Shown here in pieces: positions 42,739 through 53,196 of a DNA stretch of 64,000 bases. Every line of letters begins with the position of its first letter. The first letter of the stretch is position 1. Both the position numbers and the translations under genes were made by a program. The DNA lies in IMG/VR virus record IMGVR_UViG_3300029305_001279; one strand, written 5' to 3'. The DNA is from a virus. The notes beneath the pieces are model-generated. The model was not told the DNA's origin and did no database searches. It saw only the letters and a program-made list of their open reading frames with translations.

Positions 42739-45700
42739 TGGCCAATAAAATCACGATGGATCTGGAGCTTCGCTTCATTGACAACGCGACCGGAGGAGCC
42801 AAGGCCACCTCCCGTGCTTTAGATAAGGTTGAGAAAGAGGCCAAGGAAGCCGGCCGTGAAATCGACAACCTGGCGAAGAAGAAGGCCAAGCCTTCCATCG
42901 ATGCCGAAACAAGCAAAGTCGATAGGAAGCTGAGCAAGCTCGACTCCACCCTCCGGAAGTTCGGACTCCGGAAGACGAAGACCACCGTCGATGTGGACGA
43001 CAAGGCAACCGCGAAGATCTCCAGGGCACTGAATAAGCTCAAGAGCTGGTCCGGGAAGAAGTTCAATGCCTTCCTGGAACTCAAGGACTCCAATGCCCTT
43101 CGCACACTGAATAAAGTGAGTGACGGCCTGCGGAACCTGACCAGAAAGGTCTTCCGTGTGCCGGTCAAGATCCTGGACTACGCAACGGCGCCGCTACGAG
43201 CGTTGAAAAATACGCTGTTCAGCATCAAGGGCCTCGTGGCAGCCATCACTGCCGGACTGGCGGCGCAGAATCTAGTCGTCAAACCGATTAGCCTGGCGGA
43301 CCAATACTCGTCTGCGCAGATCGGCTTCTCCACATTGCTGGGTGAGAGCCGAGGGCAGCAGATGATGGATGACCTGGACGCATTCGCCAAGGCCACACCG
43401 TTCAAGTCCGCTGAGGTCATTTCCCAGACGCAGCGAATGCTGGCCATGGGCTGGGATGCGGAGCGCATCATTAACGATATGAGGACCATCGGCGATGCCG
43501 CAGCTGCTACCGGCAAGGGTGAGCAGGGTCTTCAGCAGATCGTTACCGCGCTGGCTCAGATCAAGACCAAGGGCCGTCTGTCCACTGAAGAATTGAATCA
43601 GCTGGCAGAGGCGGGCATCTCTGCTAAGAGATACCTGGCTGAAGGTCTCGGCTACGGTACCGGCGATGAAGGTATCGCGGCAATGACCAAAGACCTCGAA
43701 GACGGTGCCATCGCATCCAACGTCGCGCTGGATGCCCTTCTGTCCGGAATGATGGAATACAAGGGCATGATGGACAAGACCGCCAACGAGACCGTGACTG
43801 GTCTGTGGAGCCAGATTGAGGATACCTTCGAGATCAACATTTTCCGTCGCTGGGGCCAGGGCCTTCAGGACGGAGCAAAGCGCGGATTCGGATCCGTTGT
43901 GGAGCTTCTGAACGAGGCTGACGGTGCGCTGACTGAGTTCGGCGACACCATCTATGATATCGGCCGGAACATCTCTGACTGGCTCGCTGACAAGTTCGAG
44001 AATGCCATTGGGCGTATCACGGAAATCACGGATTCCTATGAATTCAAAAACGCAAGCCTGAAGGATAAGGTCTCCATGCTGTGGAATGGTGTCATCGCTG
44101 ACCCGCTGAGTGAGTGGTGGGAAGGCGGCGGCCGGGAGAAGACAGCAGAAACAGCCGGAAAGATCGGCTCCTGGATGGGCGAAATGCTCACCAAGGGTCT
44201 GCTGGCTCTGTTCGGTGCCACGGATGTGCTGGATGAAGGCATCGGAAGCGAAGCCGGAAGCAGCATTGCAGGCTCCTTCGTCCAAGGCTTTATGGATAAC
44301 TTCGACGGCTCTGCCATCACCGACGCATTTGTAAATGCAATCGGCAACGTATGGGGCGCACTGCCTGGATGGGCAAAGGTCCTGATCGGCGGATACGGCC
44401 TCGGCAAAGCTGCCGGAGGACTGGCCGGCTTTGCCGGCGGTGTCGGTTCCTTTATCGGCGGCGCAAAGAACATCTTCGGTTCGGCCAGTGCGATGACCGG
44501 TCTCTTCGGCCTCGGCACCAAGGCGGCCATTGGCATGGGTGCCGGCAACCTCGCAGGCGGCGCATCGTTAGGTGCTGGCCTGCTGTCTGCACTGGGCCTC
44601 GGTGGAATAGCCGGTGGACTGGCAGGCGGTGCATCCCTCATTAAGGGCGGCTTTGACCTGTACAAGGGCTACACGACAAATGATGCGATTGAGGCACAGG
44701 CAAGCAGGAATAGCGGCTGGTCAAAAATCGGCGGTGTAGCAGGCGGCGCAGCTATCGGTGCAACCCTCGGCAGCGTCATTCCCGGCCTCGGTACATTGCT
44801 CGGTGGTCTGCTCGGAGCAGGCATCGGCGGCATCGGTGGCTGGCTTCTGGGTGACTATGAAGCCGACAAGATCCGTGCAACTGATGATGCCATCAACGAT
44901 GTCACGGCAGCTGTGCAGGACCTGGAGACCGAGGAAGAAAAGCTCGCTGCCAAGAACAAAATGGTCTGGCAGAACATGAAGGACCACTTCGGTGACATCA
45001 AGCTCTCCATGACCGAAATCAAGCGCCTTGCAGACCAGGTCGTCTGGGGCAAGGATCTGGCGGTCTATGAGAAGTTCGTCTCCGCTACCAAGCAGGCGCA
45101 GGCAAGTATGCAGTCGCTGAACGCAGCGGGAGGAAATACCGACCGCTGGCTGTGGAAGGCTGGCCTCGGTGTCACATTCAACGATGACGAAATCGAAGCC
45201 ATCACGGAATCGTTCGACGAGTATATCTCCTCTGCCCAGGCATACCTGGAAAACAAGCACTATGAATTCACTGCCGCTGTGGGACTCCTGGTTGACCTGG
45301 AATCCGCGGGCGGAAAGTCCATCATAGAGTCCGGCAATGCGTTCTACGGCATGTACAAGGAAAAACTGGACGCAGCAGGCAAGGAATTGGGCGAACTCCT
45401 GACGGAATCCATTGCGGACGGCTTCCTCAATGCAGAGGAACAGACGGCCATTGCTGCTGCCCAGCAGAAGATTGCAGAAATCACTCAGAAGATCTCCGAC
45501 GCGGAGAGTGCCGCAGAGCTTCAGCTGATCGACCTGAAGTTCGGCAATGGCAAGCTGGACCTGGACTCCTTCGACAGCTTCATGGCTCAGATCCAGACAG
45601 CTCTGGACGAGCGGATGAATGCAAACGACGAGGCTTTCAAGGTTGGCGTATCTGCCCTGCAGCTTCAGCTGAAGGACGGCGCCATCAGCGAAGCAGAGTA

Positions 45701-46745
45701 CAACAGCCAGCTCCAGACCCTGGTGGACGGCTACACGGCCAAGGTTGAATCCGTCAAGGCGGAGATCCTGAATGTGGAGCTGGACATCATCGGTGATGCC
45801 TACGGCATTTCCAAGGATAAACTGTCCAAGGCTCTGCAGGACTCCCTTGCACAGGGCATCGACCCCATCTCCTGGACAACCGAACAGGCACGGCAATTCA
45901 TCGGCATCGATAGCCTGTCGGAAAGCACTGCCGGCGCTCTTGCTCAGATGCTCGGCGGCATTGCCCAGCAGCTGCAGCTGGTCGAAGTTGATGGTCAGCT
46001 CATGCTGAAACTGGGTGTTGCAGTTCCGCAAGATACCGCGGCAAGGGTCAAGAAGGCGGTAGATGACAGCGTGCCGGATGCACTGACTGAGGAGGTCATC
46101 ATCGGCATCGATGGTAAGAAGAGCATCATCCGCAGACTCGCCCTGAACGGCGGTGACTTCGGCATCATGAGCAGTTACACCTTCACACCGACCGTCAATG
46201 TCAGTCCCGTCAAGGGAAGTGTCTCCCCGATTCGTGTAGGCCCCGTTGCTCTGCAGGAATTCCGAGGCGGCATCGTCGGCGGTTCCAGTGCCCTGGAATC
46301 CTTCGCTCGTGGCGGTGTTACCGGCTTCAATGGTGGCATCGTCCGTGGAGGCTCCAAGCTGATTGAGGTCGCAGAGGAAGGCAGCCCCGAAATGATTATC
46401 CCGCTCAGCAGCCAGCGGCGTGACCGCGCCCTGCAGCTGTGGAAGAAGGCCGGTTCCATGCTCGGTGTTGACCGATTCTTCCGTGGCGGTGTTACCGATA
46501 ACAGTGCAGACGCACGAGCCCGGTCCCAGTATTACGGATTCGCAGGCAACGCTGGCGGCGGTCAGTCCGTCCGGGTAGACGTCGGCGGTGTGCAGATCGA
46601 TGTCCATGTGGATGCCGCAGATGGCCAGACGGTTGCGGCTGTCATCAAGGAGAAGCTGGCAGAGGCAGCGGATGACATTGCTGGTATCTTTGCGGATGCG
46701 TTCGGCGCACAGTTTGAAAATACGCCTGTGAGAGGTGGCAACTGA
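42738..46745 (+). CDS. tape measure protein
   Basis: 1335 aa; coiled-coil segments, Gly-rich hydrophobic block GGYGLGKAAGGLAGFAGGVGSFIGG...; position after the chaperone. Confidence 0.85.
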   Translation: MANKITMDLELRFIDNATGGAKATSRALDKVEKEAKEAGREIDNLAKKKAKPSIDAETSKVDRKLSKLDSTLRKFGLRKTKTTVDVDDKATAKISRALNKLKSWSGKKFNAFLELKDSNALRTLNKVSDGLRNLTRKVFRVPVKILDYATAPLRALKNTLFSIKGLVAAITAGLAAQNLVVKPISLADQYSSAQIGFSTLLGESRGQQMMDDLDAFAKATPFKSAEVISQTQRMLAMGWDAERIINDMRTIGDAAAATGKGEQGLQQIVTALAQIKTKGRLSTEELNQLAEAGISAKRYLAEGLGYGTGDEGIAAMTKDLEDGAIASNVALDALLSGMMEYKGMMDKTANETVTGLWSQIEDTFEINIFRRWGQGLQDGAKRGFGSVVELLNEADGALTEFGDTIYDIGRNISDWLADKFENAIGRITEITDSYEFKNASLKDKVSMLWNGVIADPLSEWWEGGGREKTAETAGKIGSWMGEMLTKGLLALFGATDVLDEGIGSEAGSSIAGSFVQGFMDNFDGSAITDAFVNAIGNVWGALPGWAKVLIGGYGLGKAAGGLAGFAGGVGSFIGGAKNIFGSASAMTGLFGLGTKAAIGMGAGNLAGGASLGAGLLSALGLGGIAGGLAGGASLIKGGFDLYKGYTTNDAIEAQASRNSGWSKIGGVAGGAAIGATLGSVIPGLGTLLGGLLGAGIGGIGGWLLGDYEADKIRATDDAINDVTAAVQDLETEEEKLAAKNKMVWQNMKDHFGDIKLSMTEIKRLADQVVWGKDLAVYEKFVSATKQAQASMQSLNAAGGNTDRWLWKAGLGVTFNDDEIEAITESFDEYISSAQAYLENKHYEFTAAVGLLVDLESAGGKSIIESGNAFYGMYKEKLDAAGKELGELLTESIADGFLNAEEQTAIAAAQQKIAEITQKISDAESAAELQLIDLKFGNGKLDLDSFDSFMAQIQTALDERMNANDEAFKVGVSALQLQLKDGAISEAEYNSQLQTLVDGYTAKVESVKAEILNVELDIIGDAYGISKDKLSKALQDSLAQGIDPISWTTEQARQFIGIDSLSESTAGALAQMLGGIAQQLQLVEVDGQLMLKLGVAVPQDTAARVKKAVDDSVPDALTEEVIIGIDGKKSIIRRLALNGGDFGIMSSYTFTPTVNVSPVKGSVSPIRVGPVALQEFRGGIVGGSSALESFARGGVTGFNGGIVRGGSKLIEVAEEGSPEMIIPLSSQRRDRALQLWKKAGSMLGVDRFFRGGVTDNSADARARSQYYGFAGNAGGGQSVRVDVGGVQIDVHVDAADGQTVAAVIKEKLAEAADDIAGIFADAFGAQFENTPVRGGN

Positions 46746-47425
46746 TGACCGTTGATATCTATGCACGAGAGAAAGGTGGGAGCCGGGAGATCCGGTTCCC
46801 CATTCTCCCCGAAAAAATCAAATACACGAGCGGCGACACGGAGTTTGTGATCTATGACATCATGAACCGCGGTGAAGTCGCCATCCCCACCGGTACCAAG
46901 CTGGCCCGCATCGGCTGGGAAGCTGAATTCCCGGGAGAAGGCCGTTCGGAGGATCCGTCCATCCACGGTACCTGGCAAGAGCCGAAACATTACCACGACA
47001 TCCTGGAAGACTGGAAGGCCAAGGGAACTACCATCAACATCCTGGTGGTCGGCTACCCGTGGAACTTCGATGTGCATGTGAGCAACTACCGGGATGAAGG
47101 ATACGGCCCCTATGGAGATCTGGCCTATGAGCTGGAGTTCCAGGAGGCGCGTGATATCACCATCAAAACCACGAAGGTCGAATCCACGAGCAGCAGCAGC
47201 GACTCGCAGCGACCCTCCAAAGAAGTGACCACCTATACCATCAAGTCCGGCGATACCCTGTGGAAGATCGCTCAGAAATTACTCGGCGCCGGATCCAAAT
47301 GGAAAACCATCTACAATGCCAACAAGGACATCATCGAGTCCACGGCAAAGAAGCGCGGCTACAAGTCCAGCGATAACGGACACTGGATTTTCCCCGGTGT
47401 CAAACTTTCCATTCCCAAAAGTTAA
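46745..47425 (+). CDS. LysM-domain tail protein (XkdP-like)
   Basis: 226 aa; YTIKSGDTLWKIAQKLLGAGSKWKTIYNANKDII is a LysM motif. Confidence 0.75.
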   Translation: MTVDIYAREKGGSREIRFPILPEKIKYTSGDTEFVIYDIMNRGEVAIPTGTKLARIGWEAEFPGEGRSEDPSIHGTWQEPKHYHDILEDWKAKGTTINILVVGYPWNFDVHVSNYRDEGYGPYGDLAYELEFQEARDITIKTTKVESTSSSSDSQRPSKEVTTYTIKSGDTLWKIAQKLLGAGSKWKTIYNANKDIIESTAKKRGYKSSDNGHWIFPGVKLSIPKS

Positions 47426-47436
47426 GAGGTGACGAT

Positions 47437-48444
47437 ATGGCGGCAGCATCCACCGCAAAACCTGAATACACGGCCTACGTCATTTCCGGCGGCACGAAGT
47501 ATGAAATCACCCCCGCCATCGAGAGCATCGACATCTCCGACCAGAAGAAGCAGATCGCAAAGTGTGTGACCATCCAGTTGCTTAATACCAAAGTCGGCGA
47601 CAAGTGGCTCACAGACATTCTGGATGTCTGTGACCGGGTATTCCTGCACGCAAACGATGGCAGCAAGGAGGGTGAAACCTTCCGAGGCTTCATATGGGAT
47701 CGCGGATACAAGAGTTCCCTCACCGACAGGACATTCCAGCTGAAGTGCTACGACAACCTGATCTACTTCCAGAAGTCGGACCATTTCGCCTTTTTCTCCT
47801 CCGGTAAAAGCACAAAGGACGTGGCCGCTTCCCTGTGCAAGGAATGGGGTGTCAATCTCGACTACACCTACGAGAGCGTCACCCATGCCAAGCTGGTCCT
47901 TCGGGGCAAGCTGGCGGACATTTTCACAGAAGACCTCCTCGACCTGGTCAAGGACCGCACCGGCAAGAAGTACGTCATCCTGAGTGAACAGGATGTCATG
48001 CAGATCAAGGCGGTCGGCTCAAACAGCACCATCTACAACTTCGTCGCCGCTCAGAATGCCATCCAGACGTCCGCCGTGCGCACGATGGACGGGGTGAAGA
48101 CCAAGGTCAACATCCTTGGCAAGGCCGACAAAGAGGACCGTCAGCCCGTCGAGGCGACCGTGAGCGGTGATACCGCAAAGTACGGTACCATTCAGACAAC
48201 AATCAGCCGGAGCGAGAATACCAGCCTGGAGGACGCCAAGAAGGAAGCCAACAGCATCATCGCCGCAGACGGTAAGCCGAAGGATGAATTCGAGCTGACC
48301 GCACCGGACGTTCCCTGGATCCGAAAGGGCGACAAGGTCTACGTCAACGCTGGCAATATGAACGGTTACTACATCGTGAACGGCATCGAGCGCACCATCG
48401 GCGGCAAGAAGCGGGAAATGGTTCTGGACTTGGAAGCAGCGTAA
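47437..48444 (+). CDS. XkdQ/gpD-like baseplate hub protein
   Basis: 335 aa in the XkdP-Q-R-S-T-U order. Confidence 0.6.
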   Translation: MAAASTAKPEYTAYVISGGTKYEITPAIESIDISDQKKQIAKCVTIQLLNTKVGDKWLTDILDVCDRVFLHANDGSKEGETFRGFIWDRGYKSSLTDRTFQLKCYDNLIYFQKSDHFAFFSSGKSTKDVAASLCKEWGVNLDYTYESVTHAKLVLRGKLADIFTEDLLDLVKDRTGKKYVILSEQDVMQIKAVGSNSTIYNFVAAQNAIQTSAVRTMDGVKTKVNILGKADKEDRQPVEATVSGDTAKYGTIQTTISRSENTSLEDAKKEANSIIAADGKPKDEFELTAPDVPWIRKGDKVYVNAGNMNGYYIVNGIERTIGGKKREMVLDLEAA

Positions 48445-48460
48445 GGGAAAGGAGTCCGGA

Positions 48461-48862
48461 ATGAATAATATGCAGCGGCTCGGCAATGTCCTTGCCAGCC
48501 GAATGAAGACTACATCTGCCGCAGCGGTACCGATGACCATCGAGCTCGGTACCATCAACAGCAACCTGTCCCTCACAACGGACAGCCTGCCCACCCCCAT
48601 CCCCAAGGGGGACTACATGATAAATATCATGCTGGCCAGCGATACATACCGTACCAGCTCCGAATCGCACTCCCACAGCGGAGGAAGCCACAGCCACAGC
48701 GGCGGCGATCACTCCCACAGCGGCGGCTCACACAGCCACAGCGGCGGGGATCACGACCATGCGCTGCCTGATGTCTTCCGCGCCCTGAAGGCCGGTGACC
48801 GGGTTCTGGTGGCGTGGTGCGGCAACGAGCCGGTGGTCATCGCCATTGTGGTCAGCAGCTAA
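48461..48862 (+). CDS. XkdR/DUF2577-like spike protein with HSHSGG repeat
   Basis: 133 aa; IELGTINSNLSLTTDSL...GDRVLVAWCGNEPVVIAIV fits DUF2577; contains SHSHSGGSHSHSGGDHSHSGGSHSHSGGDHDH. Confidence 0.6.
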   Translation: MNNMQRLGNVLASRMKTTSAAAVPMTIELGTINSNLSLTTDSLPTPIPKGDYMINIMLASDTYRTSSESHSHSGGSHSHSGGDHSHSGGSHSHSGGDHDHALPDVFRALKAGDRVLVAWCGNEPVVIAIVVSS

Positions 48863-48874
48863 GGAGGAGAAAAC

Positions 48875-49345
48875 ATGGCGAATCTGTTCCCGGAAGGCTA
48901 CGCTGACGCGGTCATCACAGAGGAGGACCGTACAAGCGGCGCTCCAGTCGGATACCGAAACGGCGTGGCCTTCGATTATGAAACCGGAGACTTCAAACGG
49001 GATGGCAAGAACATGCTCCTGGACAGCTACGGCATCGAAAGCTGGAAGTCCTGGTGCATCATCTGCATCCAGACGGAGCGCTATGCCCATCTGGCCTGTC
49101 CCTCCGACTTCGGCATTGAAACCGCAGCAGCCATGCGGGCCACTTCCCGGGCAGAGGCAGAAAGCATCCTGTCCCGCGAAATCACGGAAGCGCTTCTGGC
49201 GGATCCGTATGGCAGAACCAAATACGTAGAGGACATCTCCTATGACTGGACAGAGCCGGACATGGTCATTGTCAGCGCCACCGTCCATGGCATAGAAGAT
49301 GTTTCCATTGACCTGACAGCATACCTGACAAAGGGGGGATCGTAA
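48875..49345 (+). CDS. XkdS/DUF2634 (gp25/W-like) baseplate wedge protein
   Basis: 156 aa; GVAFDYETGDFKRDG....CIQTERYAHLACPSDFGIE fits DUF2634. Confidence 0.65.
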   Translation: MANLFPEGYADAVITEEDRTSGAPVGYRNGVAFDYETGDFKRDGKNMLLDSYGIESWKSWCIICIQTERYAHLACPSDFGIETAAAMRATSRAEAESILSREITEALLADPYGRTKYVEDISYDWTEPDMVIVSATVHGIEDVSIDLTAYLTKGGS

Positions 49346-50503
49346 ATGGCTGAATTCGTCATTCCTGATTTTTTGCAGCACTGCAGTGTGGATGAAATCC
49401 ACAAGAAGATAGCAAAGGAAATGCCCGCTGACATCGACCTCAGCGCCGGCAACCACGCCTGGAACATGACCAGACCGACGGCTATCGCCATGGCGGAAAT
49501 GTGTGAATACTACCTGGTGCGGACTATCGAGCTGATTCTGCCGGAGTGGTCCTACGGTACCGTCCTGGTGGGCCATGCCAAGAGCCGAAACCTGACACCC
49601 CGATCTGCGACCGCTGCATCCGGATCCATCACCGTTACCGGAAAAGCGGGAACTCCTGTTCCTACCGGCAGCCTGTTTGCCACAGCGGCAGTCAATGACG
49701 AGCCCTCTGTGGAATACGCAACCACAGAGCCGGCAACAATCCCCGAAAGCGGAAGCCTGACCATTGCAGTCGAGTGTACGCAGACCGGAATCATCGGCAA
49801 CACCGCCGCCAACACCATCATTATGGTAGCCGGTAAGAACACCGGCATCACCGCCGTAACGAACGAGGAAGCCATCACCGGCGGTACCGAAGCGGAAAGC
49901 GATGAATCCCTGAAAGAGCGAATCGATGAAGTCGATAAGAGCCAGGGCGAATCCTATGCCGGTACTCCTGCGGACTATAAGCGCTGGGCCAAGAGTGTGC
50001 CCGGTGTCGGTGAAGCTACCATCATTCCTGCCCAGGACGACTCCGGACTGGTGCAGATCATTTTGACCGACGCAAACGGCGACCCCGCAACCACAAATCT
50101 CTGTGAAGAGGTGTATAACTATATCATGAGACCCGATGCACCTGATAAGCGCCGTGCGCCGATTGGTGCATTCCTGTCCGTGAATCCTCCTGCGACGATG
50201 ACCATTGCTATCCGAGCTACCGTGAAGCTGAAGAGCGGTGCGACAATCGAGGCTGTCAAGACCGCCTACGCGGCCGCCCTGTCCACGTATCTTCCCGAGG
50301 CATTCGGCGACGGAGAAATCAAATACTCCCGCGTGTGGGCCGCGCTGGCTTCCACAGCAGGTGTAGACGACTTCACCGACCTGCAGCTCGGCGTCAAGAA
50401 CGGCGGCAGCGTCAACTACGGCACGTCCAACATCCAGATTTCGGAGAGCCAGCTCCCGACCATATCCGTGGATAACCTGATTCTGACTGCCGGAACGGTC
50501 TGA
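49346..50503 (+). CDS. baseplate J-like protein (XkdT-like)
   Basis: 385 aa; size and position, with ...GTEAESDESLKERI... typical of the Baseplate_J family. Confidence 0.75.
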   Translation: MAEFVIPDFLQHCSVDEIHKKIAKEMPADIDLSAGNHAWNMTRPTAIAMAEMCEYYLVRTIELILPEWSYGTVLVGHAKSRNLTPRSATAASGSITVTGKAGTPVPTGSLFATAAVNDEPSVEYATTEPATIPESGSLTIAVECTQTGIIGNTAANTIIMVAGKNTGITAVTNEEAITGGTEAESDESLKERIDEVDKSQGESYAGTPADYKRWAKSVPGVGEATIIPAQDDSGLVQIILTDANGDPATTNLCEEVYNYIMRPDAPDKRRAPIGAFLSVNPPATMTIAIRATVKLKSGATIEAVKTAYAAALSTYLPEAFGDGEIKYSRVWAALASTAGVDDFTDLQLGVKNGGSVNYGTSNIQISESQLPTISVDNLILTAGTV

Positions 50504-50514
50504 GAGGTGAGCGT

Positions 50515-51087
50515 ATGAGAAATCCAACGGAACTGATGCGCTCCATCCTGACTGACCCGACCGCGCAGGAGATCATTGACTACATCCCGCCTGTTTATGG
50601 CGATAGCTATGTGGCCCTTCACATCGTCCAGGCCATCGGCAAGGTGCTGGGAGAGGTGCGGAAGATCTGCGACGATCTGATGTACGAAACAACCCCGGCC
50701 ACGTCCGCCCTGCTGCTGGACTACTGGGAGGACCAGTACGCAATCCCCCGTGACAGCAGTCTGACCATCGAGCAGAGGCGGGCACGGATCGTCCAGAAGC
50801 GTCTGGCCCGTGGCCCCTGCAACCCTGCCGTCCTGGCAGCTGCTGTCTCCAGCACCCTGGGCGGCATCCGTGTGGACATCAACGAGCGAGTGGCAAAGAA
50901 CACCTTCGAGGTGCTTCTCTACGAGCAGGTGAATGACCTGAGTCCTGCAATCGCAGTGCTGGACCGGCTGAAGCCTGCCCACCTGATCTACGAGATCCGC
51001 ATCATGGCTCCGACAGTCATCACAGCGGAAATCAACGTAGGCGCGGCTGTAACCTACAGCGAAAAATTCAATGTGGAGGTAAGTTAA
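50515..51087 (+). CDS. XkdU/DUF2313-like tail protein
   Basis: 190 aa; YIPPVYGDS....LLLDYWEDQYAIP....TIEQRRARIVQKR fits DUF2313. Confidence 0.65.
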   Translation: MRNPTELMRSILTDPTAQEIIDYIPPVYGDSYVALHIVQAIGKVLGEVRKICDDLMYETTPATSALLLDYWEDQYAIPRDSSLTIEQRRARIVQKRLARGPCNPAVLAAAVSSTLGGIRVDINERVAKNTFEVLLYEQVNDLSPAIAVLDRLKPAHLIYEIRIMAPTVITAEINVGAAVTYSEKFNVEVS

Positions 51088-51088
51088 T

Positions 51089-52384
51089 TTGGCTACAGTT
51101 ATCACCAATAAGGGACTCGCACTCCTGGCGAAGCTGACCCAGGGAAACACCCTGGAGATCACAAGTGCGAAAACCGGTGCCGGAACGGTCGATGCCTCCC
51201 TCCTTCAGCAGCAGACCGCCGTCACCAACCTGAAACAGACCATGACGATCAAGAGCATCAACTACCCGGAGGACGGGAAGTGCGTTCTCGTTCTGTCTGT
51301 CACCAATGACGGCGTGGCATCCGGTTACACCATCATGCAGGTCGGTATCTATGCACAGGATCCTGACGAGGGCGAGCTGCTGTTCTCCATCTGGCAGATC
51401 GACAGCGGATCCGGCATCAATATTCCGTCCGAAGCGGTTCTCCCCGGCTACAATGCTGAGATGAACTACTACATCAAGTACGACCAGGCCGACAGCGTCA
51501 ATGTGAATGTGGATCCGTCCAATACGGTATCCCAGGCAGCCATGGAAGCCTATGTCAACAAAGAAGCGAAGAGTGTCGTCGATGCTCACACCGCCAACAA
51601 GAACAATCCCCACAACGTAAGTGCCTCGCAGCTGGGCCTTGCAAAGGTTGCCACATCCGGCAGCTACAATGACCTGAGCAATAAGCCTACCATCCCCAGC
51701 ACCCTGCCTGCCAACGGTGGCAACGCAGATACCGTGGATGGCAAGCACGCTTCTGACTTTGCGACCTCTGGTCATACTCACGATGTATCTAAAATCGCCG
51801 GTGCGGTTTCTCTGGTAGATCTTCCGAATATGCACGTGTGGCGCAAATATAGTGAAGACCCCGACCAATATGAACTGGGCGGTGCTAAGAGTACCCTTAT
51901 TGCAATCAAAAACTCTAATGGTGTTTATAATGACATCTATTATTCCTCTACAGTCGATGTTTCCGATGGTGTGGTCTCCTTAATTGATCCCAGTGTTCTG
52001 ACCGGGTTTGAAAATAATAGCTCCGACGAAACCGAAATCAGGGTCCTTGCTGGTAAGTATGTAAAAGGATATGACGGAAATATATACCTTGTACCTGATA
52101 CGTTAGCCACTAGTACCGCAACCAATTATGTTGTAGGTGGCACATACTACCTGCAAGTGATTGGAGTAAAATCTGTAACGGTCGCAAATATTGAATTCGT
52201 TTACGTCGCAGATAAGAACAAAGGAACCTACCCGACCGACGGCAAGCACACAGATGGTTGCTGGTACGAGTACCACAAACAGTTGGCAGAAGACCCTGAA
52301 CCTGCTATTACCTACGGGACCGCGGACCTCGAAGCAGGAGTCAGCGCCCTTGCAACAGGAAAGCTGTATATCGTGTATGAGTGA
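51089..52384 (+). CDS. tail fibre protein
   Basis: 431 aa; TTG start 8 nt after GGAGGT; NNPHNVSASQLGLAKVATSGSYNDLSNKPT...ADTVDGKHASDF are common phage fibre motifs. Confidence 0.65.
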   Translation: MATVITNKGLALLAKLTQGNTLEITSAKTGAGTVDASLLQQQTAVTNLKQTMTIKSINYPEDGKCVLVLSVTNDGVASGYTIMQVGIYAQDPDEGELLFSIWQIDSGSGINIPSEAVLPGYNAEMNYYIKYDQADSVNVNVDPSNTVSQAAMEAYVNKEAKSVVDAHTANKNNPHNVSASQLGLAKVATSGSYNDLSNKPTIPSTLPANGGNADTVDGKHASDFATSGHTHDVSKIAGAVSLVDLPNMHVWRKYSEDPDQYELGGAKSTLIAIKNSNGVYNDIYYSSTVDVSDGVVSLIDPSVLTGFENNSSDETEIRVLAGKYVKGYDGNIYLVPDTLATSTATNYVVGGTYYLQVIGVKSVTVANIEFVYVADKNKGTYPTDGKHTDGCWYEYHKQLAEDPEPAITYGTADLEAGVSALATGKLYIVYE

Positions 52385-52395
52385 GGTGCGCTGAT

Positions 52396-53196
52396 ATGTC
52401 AACTGGTTTTTATATCGGTTCTGATGGCAAGGCGCGGAAGGCGAAAGGCGTATTCATCGGCATCGATGGCAAAGCACGGAAAGGCAAGAAGGGCTACATC
52501 GGGGACGAAAACGGTGTGGCTCGGCTGTGCTGGACTGCATTTGAAGCTGACCCGGTTTTTGCAAATAACTCCTGGGAAAACATTGCGCTGGCGTGCCAGC
52601 TGGGCGCAGTCCCCGAAACCTGGGCTGTCGGCGATGAGAAGGAGATAACCATCGACGGGTGGGAATATACCGTCAACATCATCGGCAAGGATCATGACGA
52701 TTATGCCGATGGTTCCGGAAAGGCACCGTTGACATTCCAGTTATATCACCTATGCAACGTACTTGCCATGAACTCAACGGATACGAATTCCGGCGGCTGG
52801 GCTAATTGTAATATGAGAAAAGCTCAGCTTCCTGCAATTTTGCTGACGATGCCGACAGAGGTGCAGGCAGGCATCAGGGAAGTCACAAAGGTCACGAACA
52901 AAGGTGGAACCAGCGGCGGCTCTACCCTTGAAACCTCAACGGACAAACTGTTCCTGCTTTCCGAGACGGAAGTTTTCAACACAACCAACGTCACGAAAGT
53001 CGCTGAAGGCACACAGTACGAATACTATGCGAACGGCGCAAGCACGAGAAAGGATGATGGTTTCATCGAGCAAGCGTGGTGGATGCGAACCCCGGATTCC
53101 GCCTCTACTAGCAAGTTCGGCTATGCCATCAACGATCATGCGGCCGCCAGCTACGCTTCGTATGCTCATGGCGTATCCTTCGCATTCTGCTTCTAA
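52396..53196 (+). CDS. DUF6273-like receptor-binding/fibre accessory protein
   Basis: 266 aa from ATG 52396 (SD GAGGTG); N-terminal repeat GxDGKARKxKG; ...LFLLSETEVF...WWMRTP...GVSFAFCF resembles DUF6273 proteins of Firmicute phages. Confidence 0.55.
   Translation: MSTGFYIGSDGKARKAKGVFIGIDGKARKGKKGYIGDENGVARLCWTAFEADPVFANNSWENIALACQLGAVPETWAVGDEKEITIDGWEYTVNIIGKDHDDYADGSGKAPLTFQLYHLCNVLAMNSTDTNSGGWANCNMRKAQLPAILLTMPTEVQAGIREVTKVTNKGGTSGGSTLETSTDKLFLLSETEVFNTTNVTKVAEGTQYEYYANGASTRKDDGFIEQAWWMRTPDSASTSKFGYAINDHAAASYASYAHGVSFAFCF

Noticed and set aside
44036-44665. Minus-strand Pro/Ala-rich ORF (209 aa) and + strand alternative-frame ORFs inside the tape measure gene
   Set aside because: These are reverse or alternative-frame readings of the Gly/Ala-rich (GGN/GCN) segment of the tape measure protein, so they are compositional artefacts.
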